NCBI GenBank assembly: GCA_918797485.1 | Contig: CAKKNE010000002.1 | Location: 2,976,001-3,040,000 of the forward strand | Direction: 5' to 3' | From: Pelagomonas calceolata | Lineage: Eukaryota | Length of the DNA: 64,000 nucleotides | Shown: in pieces, positions 34,408 to 45,157 of the stretch | Numbering within the stretch: the first letter of the stretch is position 1 | Layout of the letters: each line of letters starts with the position of its first letter | The notes under the pieces: generated by a model | Database searches by the model: none | Told to the model about the DNA's origin: nothing | Seen by the model: only the letters and a program-made list of their open reading frames with translations | Position numbers and translations under genes: made by a program

Positions 34408-35715
34408 ATGGAAATGCTCGCCGCGCCCGCGCCCGCCGCGCTCTCGCCCACCAAAGTGCTGTTTGCAGACAGCTTCGCGGACGACGAGGGCCCGCCCTTA
34501 TCCCCCGCCGCGCGGCCCTACACGGCATCTCTGCTAGCGGACCGCCCAGGAACAACAGCGTCGAGTTCGAGAGGCCGGAGCCCGGCGCGGACGCCAGTCA
34601 CCTCCCCACTCCGTGTTTCTTTTGACGATCTCGCGGCGCCTGTAGAAGCACCTACGCGAAGGACCACGACGAAATTGCATGTGGACGATGGCATTCCCCA
34701 CTCCCAGAAGTATAGAACTAGAAGAAGCACGGGACCTGTCATGACGCGAGACTTAACGAGAGCCGGACGGCAAGCTTCTGTGAATGACGTGGGCACGCGC
34801 AACTTCACGATACCCAAGGACTTGACCGCTTCTCTCTTCTCGGCGAACGACGAAAGCGAACGCATCCTCCAGTCCTTTGCGGGGAACAATTTTTCATCAA
34901 TCAGTTCCTTGCCGGTCAAGCTGCTCCCAGGCAACGTCATCAAGGAACTCGTGAAGAGACAAGAGAGCCATAGCGAGTTCCACGTCGGGCCTGTGTTCTT
35001 ACCGACCTCGAAAAATGAAAAGCGCCCGACGAAATGGCAAGCTTGGCCGATGAAAGAATACGTAAATGCTCACTGTTCCATAGACTACTCGAGGGAACCG
35101 ACGCCCAAGAAGGTCTACCCCAACTACCTATCGTCGGGTACTGAGGACGATAAAGCGCCTCCTAAATTCAAGCTTGGGAATGACTGGCGCGCCGACGTAA
35201 ACAAACCCAAGCCCTGGTGCAACATGCTCAGTAAGGATCTAGACAAGGAGCCGGAGTACAAGACGTCGCCGTACCCGCGGCGGAAGCGGTTTCCCGAATC
35301 TCGGCCGGAGTGGTTGGATCCTAATTTAAGGAGTGCATGGCCGATGGCGTCGACGTACGAATTTTTGCCTGCTGGCCGTTCTGTGAAACGCATCCGTCCC
35401 CTCAATAAAGCTATTTTAAGGAAGCTGAGAGCGATGATTGAGAAGCGGTGGCCCCGGCTGGCTTTTTCTATTGAACAGGCGCCCGAGGACTGCCTCCGTA
35501 TTGTTGTAGAGAAGGCCTCGTTCGACCCGGCGTCCCATCTGGCCCTGCGGGCATTTTTACGGAACCTGACCTGGGACGACCGGCTGCTCGATAGACGCGT
35601 GGCGTTCAAGCACTCCGAGGAGGACACCGAGGCGACGGTGAGCGCGCTGTACTACGTCCTGCGGACCGGCGTGAAGCCCCACGCCTCGAAGACGAGCTTC
35701 GGGCACATTAAGTAG
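34408..35715 (+). CDS. Hypothetical protein
   Basis: 435-aa ORF with gene-like composition; no family recognised. Confidence 0.6.
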   Translation: MEMLAAPAPAALSPTKVLFADSFADDEGPPLSPAARPYTASLLADRPGTTASSSRGRSPARTPVTSPLRVSFDDLAAPVEAPTRRTTTKLHVDDGIPHSQKYRTRRSTGPVMTRDLTRAGRQASVNDVGTRNFTIPKDLTASLFSANDESERILQSFAGNNFSSISSLPVKLLPGNVIKELVKRQESHSEFHVGPVFLPTSKNEKRPTKWQAWPMKEYVNAHCSIDYSREPTPKKVYPNYLSSGTEDDKAPPKFKLGNDWRADVNKPKPWCNMLSKDLDKEPEYKTSPYPRRKRFPESRPEWLDPNLRSAWPMASTYEFLPAGRSVKRIRPLNKAILRKLRAMIEKRWPRLAFSIEQAPEDCLRIVVEKASFDPASHLALRAFLRNLTWDDRLLDRRVAFKHSEEDTEATVSALYYVLRTGVKPHASKTSFGHIK

Positions 35716-35725
35716 TGAGATTAGT

Positions 35726-35960
35726 CTACGTTTCGCGGCGGTAGCGTAGGAGTTCGATCCGGGCCGCGTCGGCGTCGGCCGCGACCATGCCGCGACCCAC
35801 TGCTTCGAAGACTCGCGGCGGTCCGCGTCGAGAGGACTCCTACGCCACGAGCCCGCGCCTCGCATCGATGGCGTGGGGCCGCGCCGTGACCCCGCACGAC
35901 CATTTTCATTTGGCAGCGCTGCACGGCGTTCGCGGCTCCCGCGGCGCCAGTGCTCGACAT
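35726..35960 (-). CDS. Small hypothetical protein, putatively 2 exons (intron 35840-35900)
   Basis: ATG 35960; a GT..TAG intron carrying the introner core CCCCACGCCATCGATGCGA gives a 57-aa product. Confidence 0.35.
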
Positions 35961-36033
35961 AGCCGTTGCGATGCGGTCGACATAAATCGATTAGTCGCCT
36001 CGGCGCGAATAACAGCTGCCCAACAACAGGACG

Positions 36034-39000
36034 ATGCCCGAGTCCAAGGCCCAGCGCAAGGCCCGCATGAAAGCAGAGAAGAAAGCTAAATTAGAGGCCA
36101 AGCGCGCCGCGGCCAAGGACGAGCGCGCGCTCCGCGAGGACGCCGAGCGCGCCGCGGAAGTCGCGAACGCGGCGATCAAGGTCTACGTGGACCGCGGCAT
36201 CGACGAAGTGACCGGACCGCTCATCACAAATGCAATACAAGGCGCTCTAGATGATGCAATCTGGCTCCAACCTGCAGCGGCGCCCGCGCCCGCGCCCGCG
36301 CCCGCGCACGAACCACCAAAATGGGCTGTAGGAGACGTCGTGGTCTGCGATTTAAGGTTGCCCGTCGCCCGCCAAATATGCGAAGAGAAGCGCGAGGAAT
36401 TGGAGGAAGCTCGAGGTTTGTTAGTGGAGGCCCAGGCGGCGGCCGACGAAAAACCGGGCGATCGCGACGCCATCCAAGCATTGTACAAGGCGCAGAACCG
36501 GTTGCCGGACTTCGAAGAAGCTTTTCAGGAGGCCGAGGACTACGTCCATTCGTTGGTCGTGGCCGGCCTGTCCGCGAAGGATGGAGGTGTCGTCATTGTC
36601 GGTACGGTGCGCGACATTATCATATCAGATGAAGCCCAGGCCCTAGAACAGTACTGGGACGACTACGCGGAAAAGGAGAAAGATCTCGGGGAGATTTTGA
36701 ACGAGCGACCGGACCTGTTGATGCAAGCCCGGGCGCGTTTGGACGACGTCCCCGCCTGGGGCGAGCAACCGAAGCTATCAATCGCGGAAGTGGCGAAGCA
36801 GCTCTTCGCGTCTGGAGACATGTTCGACGTCGCGTTGGTCGAGGAGTGCTGGAAGCACCGGAACCCTCCACAAATACCGGAGGGCGACGCCGAAAGGCCG
36901 AACACGGCCGCGCGCGACGCCGCGGCGGACATCACGCAGAGTGTGTTGGACGATCTTGGTGACGACGACGACGAACAGGACGCCGGCGAGGACGCTGCCG
37001 CCGCTGCCGAAGCCCTAGCGGCGAAGATCGCCGCGGCCGAGGAGGCGGCCGCGGCCGATCAAGTGGTCGAGGAGGAGGCCCCTCCCGCAGAGGAACCAGT
37101 AGACGAGTGGCAGGAGACCGTGAAAGAGCAATTAGCGAAGGTCGAGGACATGCTGAAGGACGATCCCGAGAACGAGCAGTTCAAGGAATTGAGGCAGACG
37201 CTGCTTGACGAGATCGCGAAGGCGCCCGCACCTCCACCGGAACCCTACGCCGTCAAAGGGCAAGTGAGTTGCTATGTCATTGAGCGACATAATGGGCAGA
37301 TGGTGGTCATGCCTTTCGATTGGTGCGAGAAGTACCGACCGGTCGACGTGAGCGAACCCGACGTCTCGAGGTACGACCCCTTCTTACTCGCAGAAGACCA
37401 TCTTGCAGAAACGGTGAACGAGCTCCAGATCGGTCTGGTGAGGGCCCACTCACTAGCCATAAGAGACTTGAGGAAGTGGTACCAGAAAAAAGACACTATC
37501 GAGTCCTCCGATCCGAGGGTCGTGTTTTCGATCAAGGGTCGGCCGGACATCCAGCTAAGATCTACTGTGAGAGAAAAGACCCTGTCCCCGGCCTGGGCCG
37601 AGTCCTTTGAGCTCGAACTCATGTGGGATGAGATCAAGGAGGACCCTACCCTTACCATACGTATAGAAGATTACGACGGTAAACTCTCAAAGTCCGAGTC
37701 GATGGGCATCTGCGAAATTCCATTGAGCGGGAGGGAACATACGCGTTCTAGGGAATGGTATACTTTACAAGTAGACCCATCAAACAAGAAGGGCCTCGTG
37801 ACCGGAGAAGTCGAAATTGTCCTAAGGTGGCGCCACGTCCCTTCTAGGGTCTTCAAGCCCTTCGCTGGCTTGGAAGATAACCTCCAGAAGTGCCCCAACG
37901 AACTTATCATAGGATTGGGACGAGGTCGAAACCTACCGATCATGGACCGGAGTCTCTTCAGTAAGGGTGGCTCTTCTGACCCTCGAGTAGTCGTGTGGAT
38001 CGAAGGTGTCGATGAACCTTTGGTGTCATCCACGAAGAAGAAGTCCCTGAACCCTTGTTGGCGGGAGGTCTTTAAGTTGGAAGTGCCGCCTACCTTAGAG
38101 GACCCCATACTACGTATAAAGTGCGAGGACTGGGATTTAGTAGGGAAGCCCGATTCCATGGGGTTGGTTGATGTCCCGCTCATAGACTATAGGATACAAC
38201 TAGGATTCACGTCGATCGATCATCGCCAGAAGACGCGGCAGTGGCTCGCATTGGGTCCTGATCCCAAGGCAAAAAAACTAAAACCACAAGGTGAGTTGGA
38301 AATAGAGCTCTGGATGCGCTACTCCCTCGAACTCGACTTCGACCCGTTCCTAGATCGAAACTTCTTCAAAATCGAAAGGCCGAACGAGTTGCAAGTCGGG
38401 TTGATACGAGGCCGCGATTTAGCCGCGAAGGACGGCGGCACGTTCACGACGGCTACGTCCGATCCGCAAGTCGTTTTTACCATAAACGGCACGGAACTCG
38501 TCTACAAGTCGACCTACAAGGTGAAAACTCTGGCCCCGCGGTGGAACGAAATATTTTTAATTGAATTCGAAGATGGCATGACCGAGGATGATACGCCTAC
38601 TTTAAGGTGTACTTGTGAGGACTACGACGATTTTTCCGCGAACGACTTCATGGGCTTCGTGGAGTTTGACATTAGGAAGTATACGCATCGGCGGCATCGC
38701 GACTGGTACGACTTGCTCCCAGATCCGAAGAGGCCCAAGGAACAAGTGTCTGGGAAGTTGGAAATTGTGCTGCGGTGGTGGCACAACCCGGAATTGGCCT
38801 GGGAGCCCTTTCTTGACTCGACGGATGTGGATGACGTAGAGCCGAACGAGTTGTTAGTCGCGCTCGTGAGGGGAAGGGAACTCGCACCGCGCGACGCCTG
38901 CGGTCTGTCGTTCAAGCCCGTCACGAGCGACCCGCAAGTGCGGTTTCGGATTATTGATACGGACGAAAGGCAGCAGTCCACACATAAGATAAAAACGTTG

Positions 39001-42000
39001 GCACCGCGGTGGAACGAAGAGTTCGGCCTTTATTGCGTGCCCGGTGAACTGCCCGTCCTCAGAGTCGTATGTGAGGATTATGATAAGTGGTCAGCGAATG
39101 ACAGCATGGGCGTGTTTGAAATCGACTTGCATGAAATAAAAACGTTGCTGGCGCAGCCGCGGTCGCGGCATCGCGCCTGGTTCCAACTTGAGACAGATCC
39201 GGCGTGTCCGAAGGATCCCGTAACTGGTGCGCTGGAATTAGTGCTGAGGTGGCGCCACAACCCGGAACTGCATTTTACGCCCTTTGGCGGTTTTGTCGAA
39301 CCGGAAAAGTACCTGGAGAAGCCGCCTAATGAATTGCGCGTGTGTTTGATACGAGGCAAAGGTTTAATTCCTCGGGAACGCTCAAAAAGGAAGGACGACC
39401 CCGGGTCGGCCTCGCCGCGGTGCGTGTTTACGTACGCCGGGAGCGACCTACGCGTCGCGAGTGAACATAGAGAAGCGACGCTGTCGCCGACCTGGAAGCA
39501 GGAACTTATCTTACCGATCGAGGAGTTCCAGAAGTCCGTGGAGGGTCCTCACTTATCTGTTAAGCTAGAAAGCGTCGCTTCCGGTAGTAGCATGGGTACC
39601 TTCGAAGTACCCCTAAGGCCGGCCATGCATTCTCTGTACAGAACGTGGTGCGCCGTAATGCCCGATGCTGATGGCAAGGAGGTCAAAGGGCGCGTGGAGA
39701 TCGCGCTGTACTGGGGTTACAATCCCGAGTTGGCCTACGAGCCTTACGAGGAGGAGGTCGACGAGTATCCCACAAAAGTTAGAAATGAGTTATTATTAGC
39801 TGTCGTGCGCGCGCGCGATCTAGCGCCGAAGAAGGGCGGTTTATTTTCGACAGGTGGTTTACCTAGTCCTTCCGTGAGACTGCGGGTCCCCGGGACAGAT
39901 GTGGAAGTGACCACAACCAAGAGGAAGAACACGCAGCACCCCGTCTTCAAAGAAGAATTTAAACAGGAGTACGAGGCCTCGGATGAGAGGAAACCGGGCT
40001 TGATGGAGGTTATTGTCGAACACAACAAAAAAGTACTGGGCATAGGTATCCTACCTCTGTCCGGTGTGAGAAGGGAGTTTCGGTTAAGACAATGGCTCAC
40101 GCTGAAAGACCCAGAAACAAGAAATGCGAGCGGCAGTATTTGTTTGATAGGATGCTGGCGGCACAACCCCGCCTTAGTGTTCGACCCCTTCGGGGGCCCT
40201 GTCATCCACAAGGACCGGTTGCAGAACGAACTGCAGATATCTGTGTATCGATGTCGCTGTTTACCGCTGCGCGAGAACGGCAACGAGCCCTCTCCCTCGG
40301 TGTCTGTGGCTCTCGGCATGGCACCCGCTGTCAATACAGATAAGAAGAAGGCCCAAGCCGCGCCCACGTTCAAGAACAACTTTGCGTTCAATGTGGAGGT
40401 CGGTGATCCTGTTGACTGTGATATAACAGTATATGACCATCAAACGATAAGCAAGAAGGTGATCGGGATTGTCAAGCTCCGCGATTTAACAGAGGGCCTC
40501 TCGAATCGATTGCCCTTCCGGAAGTGGTATCCTCTGGAATCGAAGGACGCGCAGTATGTCGAACGGCCGCTCATAGACCCGCCGCGAGCGCCGGGCGAGG
40601 AGGCTCGCAAGGAGGACGCGCCGCTCGGCCAAGTCCAGCTCTTATTTAGATGGCGGCACAACCCGGCCTGCGAGCCGCAACTATTAGGGGATTTGATGGA
40701 CACGCCGGCGAAAGAGGCGAACGAGTTGCTGGTGCTGGTGGGAAGAGCGCGGGACCTGAGACCTTCACGTCTAGAGATACCTGATGAGATAAAAATCAAA
40801 GATAGCATGTTCGGCAATAGTACAGAGGAGGGGAAGATGCGGGCGTTTTTGCAAGCGTCCTACGTGATTGATGAGGAATCTACATCCATAAATACTCGAC
40901 TCCAAAAAGGCACGTACGGGCCGCGCTGGTTCGAACTTTTAAGGGTTGGTTTACATGAACACGCCGTGGACACGGACGAAGTGTCTGACTTGGCAATTGA
41001 AATAAGAGATCGGATAGTGAGAGGTACTGATGGCAACCAGCCGATCCTCGGCAGTATTACATTGGACCTGCGAGACGCACTTAAACAGCGCCGCAAACAC
41101 TCAAATGAGGAACTACCGGCGCCGGACTGGCGCTGGCACTCTTTGATCAAACCCGAGGTCCCCGTCAAGAAGCTAGCTTTTAACGAGGAGCCGCCTCCCC
41201 CCGACCCTCTAGCCACGCTCAAAATCGCGTATCTCTTCCGACACGACCCCGATCGAGCGCCGGAGTACTACACTGGGCCCGATCTGTTCCCCGCCGAAGA
41301 ACCGAACGAGTTGAGGTTAGCTATTGTCGCCGCGAGAAATCTCGGCAAGCGCCCCGACTTACTCATTTACCAGAGACCGAAGACGCCACCTAAGTTAGAA
41401 GAAGGCGCACGTATTGAATTCGAAGGCAAGGGAGGTTTGGTGATCCAAGCGCCGGACACGAAAGGGGGCTGGTGGAAAATACGTTTAGATGGAGAGGCCA
41501 AGCTCAAATCGGTAAGGGCACCGAAGCTCACCGTGCTCGAGGGGGCCAAAAGGGCATCAAAATCCTCGCGGGCCTCGACGGCGGCGGGCCCGGCGCCGGC
41601 GCCGGCGCCCGCGCCGGCCGCGGCGCCGGCGCCCGCCGCGCCCTGGGCCGAGGATTTGTCAATCGCCTCGGCCGTGCCGCCGGACGCCGGCTCGCCCTTC
41701 CCTTCTACGTGGGTCCGCGTCTCGGCCCACATCTCCAAGACGACCATCGAGACGGAGATCGTCCAGAGGACCCGGCGACCCACGTATGGAGAGGAGTTCA
41801 CGTTCGAGGTCGACGAGCTCTTGCTGGATCAGGTCGTCGATGACACTTCTACTGTTAAAATAGAGGTCTTTGATTCGCGGGGCGACGAGGATACGTGTCT
41901 GGGTGTCTGTACGGTGCCCATCCTTCCGATGCTCGACAAGAACGTGAGAAGGCGGTGGATGGCCCTCGACTCGCCTTATGCGAAGCCGTCCTGCAAGGGC

Positions 42001-43170
42001 GCGGCTTATGGGGACGTGCCCGGCTGGTCGCGCTTGAAAGATGTACTCCATGAGAAAGATATTGCGCCCCTCGGTCTACTCGACGTGTGTCTACGGCTGG
42101 AGACGGGCGCGGAAAGAGCTGCCTACATGGCATCACCTATAGGAAGAATTCGACGGGCGTGCCGCAAGTACCGACTCAAAGAAGGGGAGGACGCGATATT
42201 GACTCTGCGACGCGTCAAAGTCTCGCTCAAGAACTGTACCTTGATCACGGCGCTCCTGGACCCGCAAATTGCGAGAGACGCCTTACCGGACGCCGTCGCA
42301 CCTCTCCTGATAAAGGCCGATCTGCGGACCTGCGGTTTAGATGGTGAGAAGCTAGAGAGATTGGCTCAAGCGCTGCCTCAGAATAATATACTGAGGGAGA
42401 TCGACCTCTCCGGAAATAATTTTGATGACGGAAATCGGACCAAGGCCGTCCAGAGGCGCTACGAGGCCGATATCGTGCAGGACACGGGCCACGGCTTCCG
42501 CATGGCCTTCGGGAAGAAGACGATTGCGGAGCACGTCTTATCAGATGAATACACCGTGAAAGACGACGAGGATTCTTTGGCGGCGAATATCGGACTCAAA
42601 GCGTTGGGCGAGGCCCTGAAGACCAATACTGGACTAGTATCAATAAACCTGTCCGAGAGCCGCGTCGAGGCGAACGGCCTCGCGGCTCTATCACAGGGGT
42701 TAAGGAGGAACGCGTCCCTGACCGAACTCAAGCTAGCAAGGAACATGGTCTGCGACGTCAGTCCGCAGGGCTGGGGCGCGCACTCGTCGCGGGGCGTCGA
42801 CGCGCTCGGCGAGGCCCTTGCGTACAACGACACGCTGCAGAAGCTGGATCTGTCGCAGAACCAGTTGTGTGGGGTCACAAGCCCGTGGTGTTCTGGTTCG
42901 AAAGGGACCTTCGCGCCCGGGGCGCTCTTGGCTCTGCGACGGCCGCTGTCTCGGAACGCCGCGCTTCGCGAATTGAATCTGACGGACAACGGGGTCCTGG
43001 AAACGGCCCGGCCGCTGGTCGACGACCTGAGCGGCGCGCGGTTGAGGGGAGGCGGCGACTTCCGGTTGCTGGAGCGCGTCGGCCGGGCGAAGCGGGCCTA
43101 CTGCATTTTGAGAAGGGCGGAGTACTACGCCGAGGTGGCTGCCAATGCGCGGGGCGAGTCGGCCTACTAA
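36034..43170 (+). CDS. 2378-aa protein with ~9 tandem C2 domains and C-terminal RI-type leucine-rich repeats
   Basis: Nine 'NEL..L.R..L...(S)DP.V...P.W.E.F...G...LRWRHNP' units; LREIDLSGN, LVSINLSES, LTELKLARN, LQKLDLSQN, LRELNLTDN. Confidence 0.9.
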   Translation: MPESKAQRKARMKAEKKAKLEAKRAAAKDERALREDAERAAEVANAAIKVYVDRGIDEVTGPLITNAIQGALDDAIWLQPAAAPAPAPAPAHEPPKWAVGDVVVCDLRLPVARQICEEKREELEEARGLLVEAQAAADEKPGDRDAIQALYKAQNRLPDFEEAFQEAEDYVHSLVVAGLSAKDGGVVIVGTVRDIIISDEAQALEQYWDDYAEKEKDLGEILNERPDLLMQARARLDDVPAWGEQPKLSIAEVAKQLFASGDMFDVALVEECWKHRNPPQIPEGDAERPNTAARDAAADITQSVLDDLGDDDDEQDAGEDAAAAAEALAAKIAAAEEAAAADQVVEEEAPPAEEPVDEWQETVKEQLAKVEDMLKDDPENEQFKELRQTLLDEIAKAPAPPPEPYAVKGQVSCYVIERHNGQMVVMPFDWCEKYRPVDVSEPDVSRYDPFLLAEDHLAETVNELQIGLVRAHSLAIRDLRKWYQKKDTIESSDPRVVFSIKGRPDIQLRSTVREKTLSPAWAESFELELMWDEIKEDPTLTIRIEDYDGKLSKSESMGICEIPLSGREHTRSREWYTLQVDPSNKKGLVTGEVEIVLRWRHVPSRVFKPFAGLEDNLQKCPNELIIGLGRGRNLPIMDRSLFSKGGSSDPRVVVWIEGVDEPLVSSTKKKSLNPCWREVFKLEVPPTLEDPILRIKCEDWDLVGKPDSMGLVDVPLIDYRIQLGFTSIDHRQKTRQWLALGPDPKAKKLKPQGELEIELWMRYSLELDFDPFLDRNFFKIERPNELQVGLIRGRDLAAKDGGTFTTATSDPQVVFTINGTELVYKSTYKVKTLAPRWNEIFLIEFEDGMTEDDTPTLRCTCEDYDDFSANDFMGFVEFDIRKYTHRRHRDWYDLLPDPKRPKEQVSGKLEIVLRWWHNPELAWEPFLDSTDVDDVEPNELLVALVRGRELAPRDACGLSFKPVTSDPQVRFRIIDTDERQQSTHKIKTLAPRWNEEFGLYCVPGELPVLRVVCEDYDKWSANDSMGVFEIDLHEIKTLLAQPRSRHRAWFQLETDPACPKDPVTGALELVLRWRHNPELHFTPFGGFVEPEKYLEKPPNELRVCLIRGKGLIPRERSKRKDDPGSASPRCVFTYAGSDLRVASEHREATLSPTWKQELILPIEEFQKSVEGPHLSVKLESVASGSSMGTFEVPLRPAMHSLYRTWCAVMPDADGKEVKGRVEIALYWGYNPELAYEPYEEEVDEYPTKVRNELLLAVVRARDLAPKKGGLFSTGGLPSPSVRLRVPGTDVEVTTTKRKNTQHPVFKEEFKQEYEASDERKPGLMEVIVEHNKKVLGIGILPLSGVRREFRLRQWLTLKDPETRNASGSICLIGCWRHNPALVFDPFGGPVIHKDRLQNELQISVYRCRCLPLRENGNEPSPSVSVALGMAPAVNTDKKKAQAAPTFKNNFAFNVEVGDPVDCDITVYDHQTISKKVIGIVKLRDLTEGLSNRLPFRKWYPLESKDAQYVERPLIDPPRAPGEEARKEDAPLGQVQLLFRWRHNPACEPQLLGDLMDTPAKEANELLVLVGRARDLRPSRLEIPDEIKIKDSMFGNSTEEGKMRAFLQASYVIDEESTSINTRLQKGTYGPRWFELLRVGLHEHAVDTDEVSDLAIEIRDRIVRGTDGNQPILGSITLDLRDALKQRRKHSNEELPAPDWRWHSLIKPEVPVKKLAFNEEPPPPDPLATLKIAYLFRHDPDRAPEYYTGPDLFPAEEPNELRLAIVAARNLGKRPDLLIYQRPKTPPKLEEGARIEFEGKGGLVIQAPDTKGGWWKIRLDGEAKLKSVRAPKLTVLEGAKRASKSSRASTAAGPAPAPAPAPAAAPAPAAPWAEDLSIASAVPPDAGSPFPSTWVRVSAHISKTTIETEIVQRTRRPTYGEEFTFEVDELLLDQVVDDTSTVKIEVFDSRGDEDTCLGVCTVPILPMLDKNVRRRWMALDSPYAKPSCKGAAYGDVPGWSRLKDVLHEKDIAPLGLLDVCLRLETGAERAAYMASPIGRIRRACRKYRLKEGEDAILTLRRVKVSLKNCTLITALLDPQIARDALPDAVAPLLIKADLRTCGLDGEKLERLAQALPQNNILREIDLSGNNFDDGNRTKAVQRRYEADIVQDTGHGFRMAFGKKTIAEHVLSDEYTVKDDEDSLAANIGLKALGEALKTNTGLVSINLSESRVEANGLAALSQGLRRNASLTELKLARNMVCDVSPQGWGAHSSRGVDALGEALAYNDTLQKLDLSQNQLCGVTSPWCSGSKGTFAPGALLALRRPLSRNAALRELNLTDNGVLETARPLVDDLSGARLRGGGDFRLLERVGRAKRAYCILRRAEYYAEVAANARGESAY

Positions 43171-43662
43171 CATTTGTGTGCGTTTATTGGTGATGATGTC
43201 GTTAGTTATAGACGCCTCGCGCGTAACTGACGTTCCTACGCCGTCGGCTTAAAGCTGTCGCGCTCCCCGCTACACCCGTAGACGCGGCCCTCCTCCGCGC
43301 CATGCGCTACGTAATGCCCGCGCATCTTTTCCGCGCAGCTCGGCTGGTATCGGCCGCTGGGGCAGAGTTTCCGTTCGACATCTTGATACCGCTTCGCGTA
43401 ACACCGTCCGCGACGCGTACCACGTACTCGCCGCCGAGCGGCGGCCCGCGCCGCGGCCGCCGCCGGTCGTCGAGGCGCTCGCGCCCGCGACGGAGCGGCC
43501 GTCCGCGGGGCTCAACGCGCTCGCGCTCGCGACGCAGATGGAGCTATAGGTTTTCCTTGTGTGGATTCTTACTCTCTCTTGCCCGACTACTCTAGTGACT
43601 TAGCTCCGCTGGCATATCATTAACTTGTCAGTTGACGCATTTGACTTCGGAGGGAGAGTACA

Positions 43663-43944
43663 TCATTTGTCTTCCAAAACAATCCCGCAATAAATCTTCC
43701 AACTCTCTCTGTCTCTCTCCCAGCTTTCCCGCGCCGCCTTGCAATCCTCGACGAGGTCTTGGTCGAGCTCCATCGCGGCCCGCGAAGGAGCCTCAGGGCC
43801 TCCGACAAAGGCGATGGTTCCCAACGTGCCGATGATTACGCCAACACACACGGCGACGACTAGGCCGTAACCGCGCCGGACTGGCCCAGGGGCCTGGTTC
43901 TTAGGCCGCTTTGCCTCGGCGTCCTCAGGAATCGTCGCGTACAT
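43663..43944 (-). CDS. Small single-TM hypothetical protein or gene fragment
   Basis: MYATIPE...GLVVAVCVGVIIGTLGTIAFV; downstream exons unresolved. Confidence 0.35.
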   Translation of the reverse strand: MYATIPEDAEAKRPKNQAPGPVRRGYGLVVAVCVGVIIGTLGTIAFVGGPEAPSRAAMELDQDLVEDCKAARESWERDRESWKIYCGIVLEDK

Positions 43945-44037
43945 CTTCAAATGTTGTGAATTTATGACTTTGAGTGAGGATGGTAATGTGTGATGGACGT
44001 GTAGCGTGGGGGACTAAGCAAAGCCAAACCCGACAAT

Positions 44038-44057
44038 CTACGGCTGTAAGACACTAG
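44038..44057 (+). promoter_or_regulatory. Recurrent intergenic dyad motif
   Basis: CTACGGCTGTAAGACACTAG, about 150 bp upstream of ATG 44210. Confidence 0.65.
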
Positions 44058-44209
44058 CGAGCAAGCTCCGCCAGGCGAGGCTGCTCGAGCAGCCAGCCCA
44101 GCGCACCGCATACCTCGTCCAGAGCCGCGCCAAGGTCGCATCTCTTCGCTGCAACCCGCATTTTACCGGACCGCTATCGACGGTGCCGGCTCTGGCGCAG
44201 ACAAATAGT

Positions 44210-45150
44210 ATGGGCCTAACAGGCTACATCTGCTTCATGACTGCACTATCAGTCGCAGCCGCCCTGCTGTATACGCCGTCGCAGCGATTGCTCGAATGCG
44301 TCCACTGCCCAAAGTACTTCGTCGTGCGACGCGTCGACTACCTGCACTACCGAATCGAGCGGGCGCACTACCTGCTGCGCTTTGTTGCCTCAAGCTTTAC
44401 GGTGCGCGTCGTGCGCGGTGCAGAGGCGTTCGCCGGGCTCGTTTCCCTCGTCGGCGCCGCGACGGTGCTGAACCTTTGCATGGAGGTCGGCCTGCGGGTC
44501 ACGGGCCAGCGGCAGATGCGGCTCCGCGCGTACAGCCGCCTGCCAAGTGCACTCGCGGTGCTCGTTCAGGCGTTCTTCGAGGGCGGCATGCGTCAGCGTG
44601 GTTGTGCCTTCGACTCTGCTCCTACCTGCCCCCATGCCATCGCCACGCCTCACGAAACGCGCAAAACGCAGGCGTTTACTTTGGCACGTTCTTCGCCTTT
44701 GCGCTGCATTTGAACGCGGGCGACGCGACATGCGTCCTGGCTTACGCGACAGCGTGGGTCGTCTTTCCGCTCTGGTCCCTGCTACACGGATGGCCGCGAC
44801 CGCGCGCCTACGGCGCGAAGGACCACCTCTCGCGGCGCGAGATCGTGTCGACGGCGCCGAGCCGGCTCCTTCAGGTGGCGGCCGCGGCCGTGTGTTGGCG
44901 CACCGTGGCGCGGCCGCCGGCGCCGTTCCTTCGGGCGGTTGTGGCGACGCAGTTGTGCTTTTTCCCCTGGTATTTCGGGGCGCTCCGCTGGCTCGGCCGC
45001 TCGTTCATCGAGTGTGAGTCCTCCGCGCCGTCCGCGCTCGCCGACGCGCTGTGCACGGCGTACCGCGCGGCCGAGCCCGTGGCCGGGGCGTTTTCCATCG
45101 TCGCGGCGTTCGCGCTGTTTTTTCCCGAATGTTGTGAGAAATATGTATAA
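44210..45150 (+). CDS. Multi-pass membrane hypothetical protein, 2 exons (intron 44586-44671)
   Basis: In-frame join FFEG(G)|VYFGTFF via a GC-AG intron; hydrophobic helices in both exons. Confidence 0.65.
44594..44671. mobile_element. Introner element 4, highly decayed (GC-AG intron 44586-44671)
   Basis: Ends CAGCGTGG / AAAACGCAG, donor 8 nt outside; internal CCCCATGCCATCG core. Confidence 0.55.
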
Positions 45151-45157
45151 GTTTAAG

